Shown one piece after another: positions 60,530 to 64,000 of a DNA stretch of 64,000 nt. The stretch is from NCBI GenBank assembly GCA_964635565.1, contig CAZWON010000003.1, positions 5,345 to 69,344 of the forward strand, read 5' to 3'. How positions within the stretch are numbered: position 1 is the stretch's first letter; each line of letters starts with the position of its first letter. This DNA is from an uncultured Planctomycetia bacterium (GTDB taxonomy: Bacteria; Omnitrophota; Gorgyraeia; Duberdicusellales; 4484-171). A program made the translations under genes and the position numbers. Under the pieces are notes generated by a model. That model was not told where the DNA came from. It did not search any database and worked only from the letters and a program-made list of their open reading frames with translations.

Positions 60530-61774
60530 CTAGAGAGCATTCACTATCTCAATAAATCTTCTACCTCTTTCTATATAATTTGAAAACATATCAAAACTAG
60601 AGCACATAGGAGAGAATAAAACAGTATCCTTACTTCCTGCTGAAGCATACGCATCCCTGACAGCCTCTCTTAAGGAATTGAAAAGATAAACCCTTCTATC
60701 GTAAGAAAGACTCTCTCTAATTTTATCTGCAGATTCTCCAATAAGGTTTATCTTCTTCACTCTTCTAAGATAGGGCTTAACAACTGTATAATCTAAGCCC
60801 TTATCTTTACCTCCAGCAATAAGAATTATATCTGAATTAATGTTTTTAAGTGCCCATATTGTAGAAGTAGGATTTGTTGCTTTAGAATCATTAATGAAAG
60901 TGATACCTCTTACTTTGCGGACTATCTGGAAACGATGGGGTAATCCTTTAAAATCAGCGAAAAATTTTATACAATCTGTTTTATCTATTCCCAATATACT
61001 TAACACTCGATATACTGCAGAGAAATTAGGATTAGAAAGCTCTGAAGAAAAATAAACAATGCGGGAGTTTATATTTTTGGTGATAGTCTTAAGATTAAAT
61101 ATTTCTTTATTTAAAACTGCCCACTCATTTCCTGTGTGATTACGAAAAATATTCAGTTTCGCTCTGATATAACTATCAAAATCCTGATAGCGGTCTAAAT
61201 GATCTGGCTTTAAATTAAGAAGACAGGCAATAAAAGGCTTAAACTCTATAATACTTTCCAGCTGAAAAGAACTAACCTCCAGAATCACAATATCCGATGG
61301 TTTTAGCACTAAAGCATAACAAGAAAAGGGAATTCCTATATTACCTGCCAGATAAACATTTTTCCCTTTTCTCTTAAGGATCCGATAGGTTAGAAATGAG
61401 GTAGTAGTCTTGCCATTTGTCCCTGTAATAGCAACAATTTTAGCAGAAGTAAGCCAACTTACCAACTCAATTTCTCCCACAACAGGAATACCTTCTTTGT
61501 CAGCTATCTCAATTATAGGTGTATTTTGAATATCCACGCCAGGGCTTACTACCACCAAATCTGAACCTTCAATAAAACTTTTAGTATGTTGGGAGAACTC
61601 AAAATTAACTTTTGCTTGAGAAAAACGTTTAATAAGAAAAGGAGAAAAATTCTCTTTATCCTTCTTATCAGTAACCTTTACTCTCTTACCAAGTTTAACA
61701 AGGAGATCTACAAGATATACGCCTGTACGACCAAAACCCACCACGCATATAGTGTGGAAATTATTAATATTCAT
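60530..61774 (-). CDS. murD: UDP-N-acetylmuramoylalanine--D-glutamate ligase
   Basis: ICVVGFGRTGVYLV Rossmann-like N-domain; VAITGTNGKTTTSFL P-loop; 414 aa. Confidence 0.9.
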   Translation of the reverse strand: MNINNFHTICVVGFGRTGVYLVDLLVKLGKRVKVTDKKDKENFSPFLIKRFSQAKVNFEFSQHTKSFIEGSDLVVVSPGVDIQNTPIIEIADKEGIPVVGEIELVSWLTSAKIVAITGTNGKTTTSFLTYRILKRKGKNVYLAGNIGIPFSCYALVLKPSDIVILEVSSFQLESIIEFKPFIACLLNLKPDHLDRYQDFDSYIRAKLNIFRNHTGNEWAVLNKEIFNLKTITKNINSRIVYFSSELSNPNFSAVYRVLSILGIDKTDCIKFFADFKGLPHRFQIVRKVRGITFINDSKATNPTSTIWALKNINSDIILIAGGKDKGLDYTVVKPYLRRVKKINLIGESADKIRESLSYDRRVYLFNSLREAVRDAYASAGSKDTVLFSPMCSSFDMFSNYIERGRRFIEIVNAL

Positions 61775-61795
61775 TTTCGTTAGACTTAAATATAA

Positions 61796-62887
61796 TTATC
61801 TTATCTTTAAACTCATAAGAGCAAATACAGCAAAAATGATACCAACTATCCATAATCTTATTACAATTTTTGATTCCGACCATCCCAAAAGCTGGAGATG
61901 ATGATGTAAGGGTGCAGCCTTAAATATCTTCTTTTTACATATCTTCACTGCCAAAATCTGAAGAAGAACACTTAAAGCCTCAATAACAAATATTCCTCCT
62001 GCAATAATCAAAAGAAACTCCTCTTTTATAAATAAAGAGACTGCTCCGATGCTCCCCCCTAAAGACAATGCTCCTACATCTCCCATAAAAATCTGGGCAG
62101 GATAAGAATTGAACCAGAGAAAGCCTAAACCTGCACCTCCAATAGATGCACAGAAAATACTCAGTTCACCTGCATCTTTTATATAAGGAAGAAAAAGGTA
62201 ACGAGAAAAATCTATATGTCCTGCGATATAACTTAATACTACAAAAACAAAAGAATTTATTACTACTGTTCCTACCGCCAATCCATCCAAACCATCAGTA
62301 AAATTAACAGCGTTAGACGAAGAGACCAATACCAATACTACCCAAAAAATATAAAAATAACAAAACTGACCTAAATCTAAGATTATTTTTTTAAAAAAAG
62401 GTATATTTAATGTAAGAGGGAAATTATTAGTAAAAATAAGCATAACTCCTAAAATTATCCCGATAATAATTTGAAAAAATAACTTCTCTTTTCTTCTTAA
62501 TCCTTTTCCTCTCTTTATCTTTAAGAAATCATCTCTTAATCCTACTAATCCTAACGAGAGGATAACAAATACTGAATACCAAATAAAAACACTATTCCAT
62601 CGCCCCCATAAAAGAGAAGAAAGAACTACCGCATATATAATAAGAATACCTCCCATAGTAGGAGTTCCTTCTTTATCCTCATGAAGTGCTTCGAGATGTA
62701 AATGACCATACATATCTACTCTCTCCTCCATTTTTAAGCTTTTCAATCTCTTTACTGCTTTTTTGAAAAAAAACATCACAATAACAAAAGACATTATAAA
62801 AGCACAAGCAGACCTAAAAGTTATATAGCGAAAGATATTAAAAATAAAAAAATATTTACTTAAAGGATAAAAAAGATGGTAAAACAT
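61796..62887 (-). CDS. mraY: Phospho-N-acetylmuramoyl-pentapeptide transferase
   Basis: Polytopic membrane protein with DDxxD-type motifs (NFTDGLDGLA, MGDVGALSLGG); 363 aa. Confidence 0.9.
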   Translation of the reverse strand: MFYHLFYPLSKYFFIFNIFRYITFRSACAFIMSFVIVMFFFKKAVKRLKSLKMEERVDMYGHLHLEALHEDKEGTPTMGGILIIYAVVLSSLLWGRWNSVFIWYSVFVILSLGLVGLRDDFLKIKRGKGLRRKEKLFFQIIIGIILGVMLIFTNNFPLTLNIPFFKKIILDLGQFCYFYIFWVVLVLVSSSNAVNFTDGLDGLAVGTVVINSFVFVVLSYIAGHIDFSRYLFLPYIKDAGELSIFCASIGGAGLGFLWFNSYPAQIFMGDVGALSLGGSIGAVSLFIKEEFLLIIAGGIFVIEALSVLLQILAVKICKKKIFKAAPLHHHLQLLGWSESKIVIRLWIVGIIFAVFALMSLKIR

Positions 62888-63042
62888 AAATTTCCTCCTC
62901 TGTGTTTGTCAATTCATCAAGTATTCAACCACTATTTATCAAAAATCAATATATAATTTTAAGATACCATTCTCAATAGCCAAAAACAAGCTATTCCTGT
63001 GCTTATCCCTTGATTATGGAAGATGTAAATATATTTATGAGC

Positions 63043-64000
63043 TTATCCTTTCATTATGTTCCTTTCTTTTATCAACTCTTTTATTATGTATTTATCTTTA
63101 AACCGAATTTGTTTATTACCTATTATTTGGTAATCTTCGTGTCCTTTACCTGCAACAATCATTGCACAGTTCTTATAATGCTCTTTTAAACTGAAAGCTT
63201 TCTTAATTGCTTCCTTTCGGTCAACAATAATGAAGAAATTATCTTTTAAAAATCCTTTTTTAATCTGCTGGCAAATCATTAAAGGATCCTCATTGCGAGG
63301 ATTATCTGAGGTAATGATAGTAAAAGTAGCTTTTAAACACGCGATTTTACCCATCTTTTCTCTCTTTTTAGTATCTCTATTTCCTCCGCATCCAAAAACT
63401 AATATTATATTTTTATACCCGGAATTTCTTAAAGCTATTAAAGCATTTCTTAAGGCATCAGGAGTATGCGCATAATCTACAAAAATATCACTACCTACCC
63501 TTTCCATCCGACCATCTAATTTGCGAAAAGAAGAGATAAGCTGACCAGCTTCTTTTATAGAAAACCCTAATTTATCTAATGAGACCAATGAAGCCAAGAT
63601 ATTTAGTATATTATAACGACCTATAAGAGCATTTTTAATCCTTTCCTTTTTTCCTCTAACCTTTACCATAAAATCTACACCTTTAGGAGATATTTTATAG
63701 TCTGTTATTCTATAATCTGCATACTTAGAAAAACCATAACTATATTTTTCCCTTTCTAATGTACAAAAAATTTTTTTTCCATATCTATCATCTATATTAA
63801 TAATAGAAATTGCAGAAGGATTTTCGACAAATAATCTTTCTTTTGTAGAAAAATAATTGTGCATTGTTAAATGATAATCAAGATGGTCACAAGTAAGATT
63901 AGTAAATATACACTGCAAAAAATTTATTCCTTCTATTCTCTTCTGTTGTATACTATGAGAGGAAACTTCCATAATTACATACTCAATACCTTCTCTCTGA
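63043..64000 (-). CDS. murE: UDP-N-acetylmuramoyl-L-alanyl-D-glutamate--2,6-diaminopimelate ligase, C-terminal part (gene continues past the window end)
   Basis: Mur ligase middle-domain motif NLTCDHLDYH and the DNPR motif (ITSDNPRNEDP) diagnostic of meso-DAP-adding MurE. The N-terminal P-loop domain must lie beyond 64000; the Met at 63972 is internal. Confidence 0.78.
   Translation of the reverse strand, partial: QREGIEYVIMEVSSHSIQQKRIEGINFLQCIFTNLTCDHLDYHLTMHNYFSTKERLFVENPSAISIINIDDRYGKKIFCTLEREKYSYGFSKYADYRITDYKISPKGVDFMVKVRGKKERIKNALIGRYNILNILASLVSLDKLGFSIKEAGQLISSFRKLDGRMERVGSDIFVDYAHTPDALRNALIALRNSGYKNIILVFGCGGNRDTKKREKMGKIACLKATFTIITSDNPRNEDPLMICQQIKKGFLKDNFFIIVDRKEAIKKAFSLKEHYKNCAMIVAGKGHEDYQIIGNKQIRFKDKYIIKELIKERNIMKG

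Noticed and set aside
63043-63972. Treating Met-63972 as the start of a complete 309-aa gene
   Set aside because: The sequence is the middle and C-terminal part of MurE (DHLDYH and DNPR motifs). The P-loop N-domain must lie upstream beyond 64000, so the gene is partial at the window edge.

Overview
This 64 kb window is AT-rich (roughly 30% GC by eye) and gene-dense, and every confident CDS I can call lies on the minus strand. The content is almost entirely core envelope biogenesis. In coordinate order it holds an lpxD, lpxC-fabZ fusion, lpxA, lpxI block with skp and bamA; then dnaB, rplI, rpsR, ssb and rpsF; then pth, rplY, prs, glmU, tRNA-Gln, spoVG and ispE. A split transketolase follows, then an LPS-core glycosyltransferase island (GT9, manC, GT2, GT9), then purA, serA, a serC-like gene, clpP and tig. 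Next come lptB, lptA/C, kdsC, kdsD, kdsA, pyrG, kdsB and the hldE kinase, and finally a division/cell-wall (dcw) cluster running from murE (partial, at the window edge) through mraY, murD, ftsW, murG, murC, murB, ddl and ftsQ. The Firmicutes-like synteny (ispE, spoVG, glmU, prs, ctc, pth; rpsF, ssb, rpsR, rplI, dnaB) combined with a full LPS and outer-membrane machinery suggests a low-GC diderm lineage (diderm Firmicutes, Fusobacteria-like, or a related candidate phylum); that is inference. Four loci stand out. (1) The dcw cluster ends in an FtsA-like gene whose nucleotide-binding motifs are degenerate but whose C-terminal amphipathic helix is retained. No ftsZ follows. Instead it is translationally coupled to a 652-aa helical protein and an HD-GYP phosphodiesterase that share a paralogous N-terminal domain. 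(2) An IS200-like Y1 (RAYT-like) transposase with a C-terminal DnaA-domain-IV-like HTH sits between inverted REP-like palindromes, inserted into the LPS-core glycosyltransferase island. (3) SpoVG carries an internal Cys4 zinc-ribbon insertion. (4) A 582-aa secreted protein looks like a 5'-nucleotidase-type metallophosphatase fold with every metal ligand substituted, fused to a thioredoxin-like CxxC region. The ORF track missed one gene: a partial APC-family permease (1..792, minus strand). I found no CRISPR array, no rRNA and no prophage.
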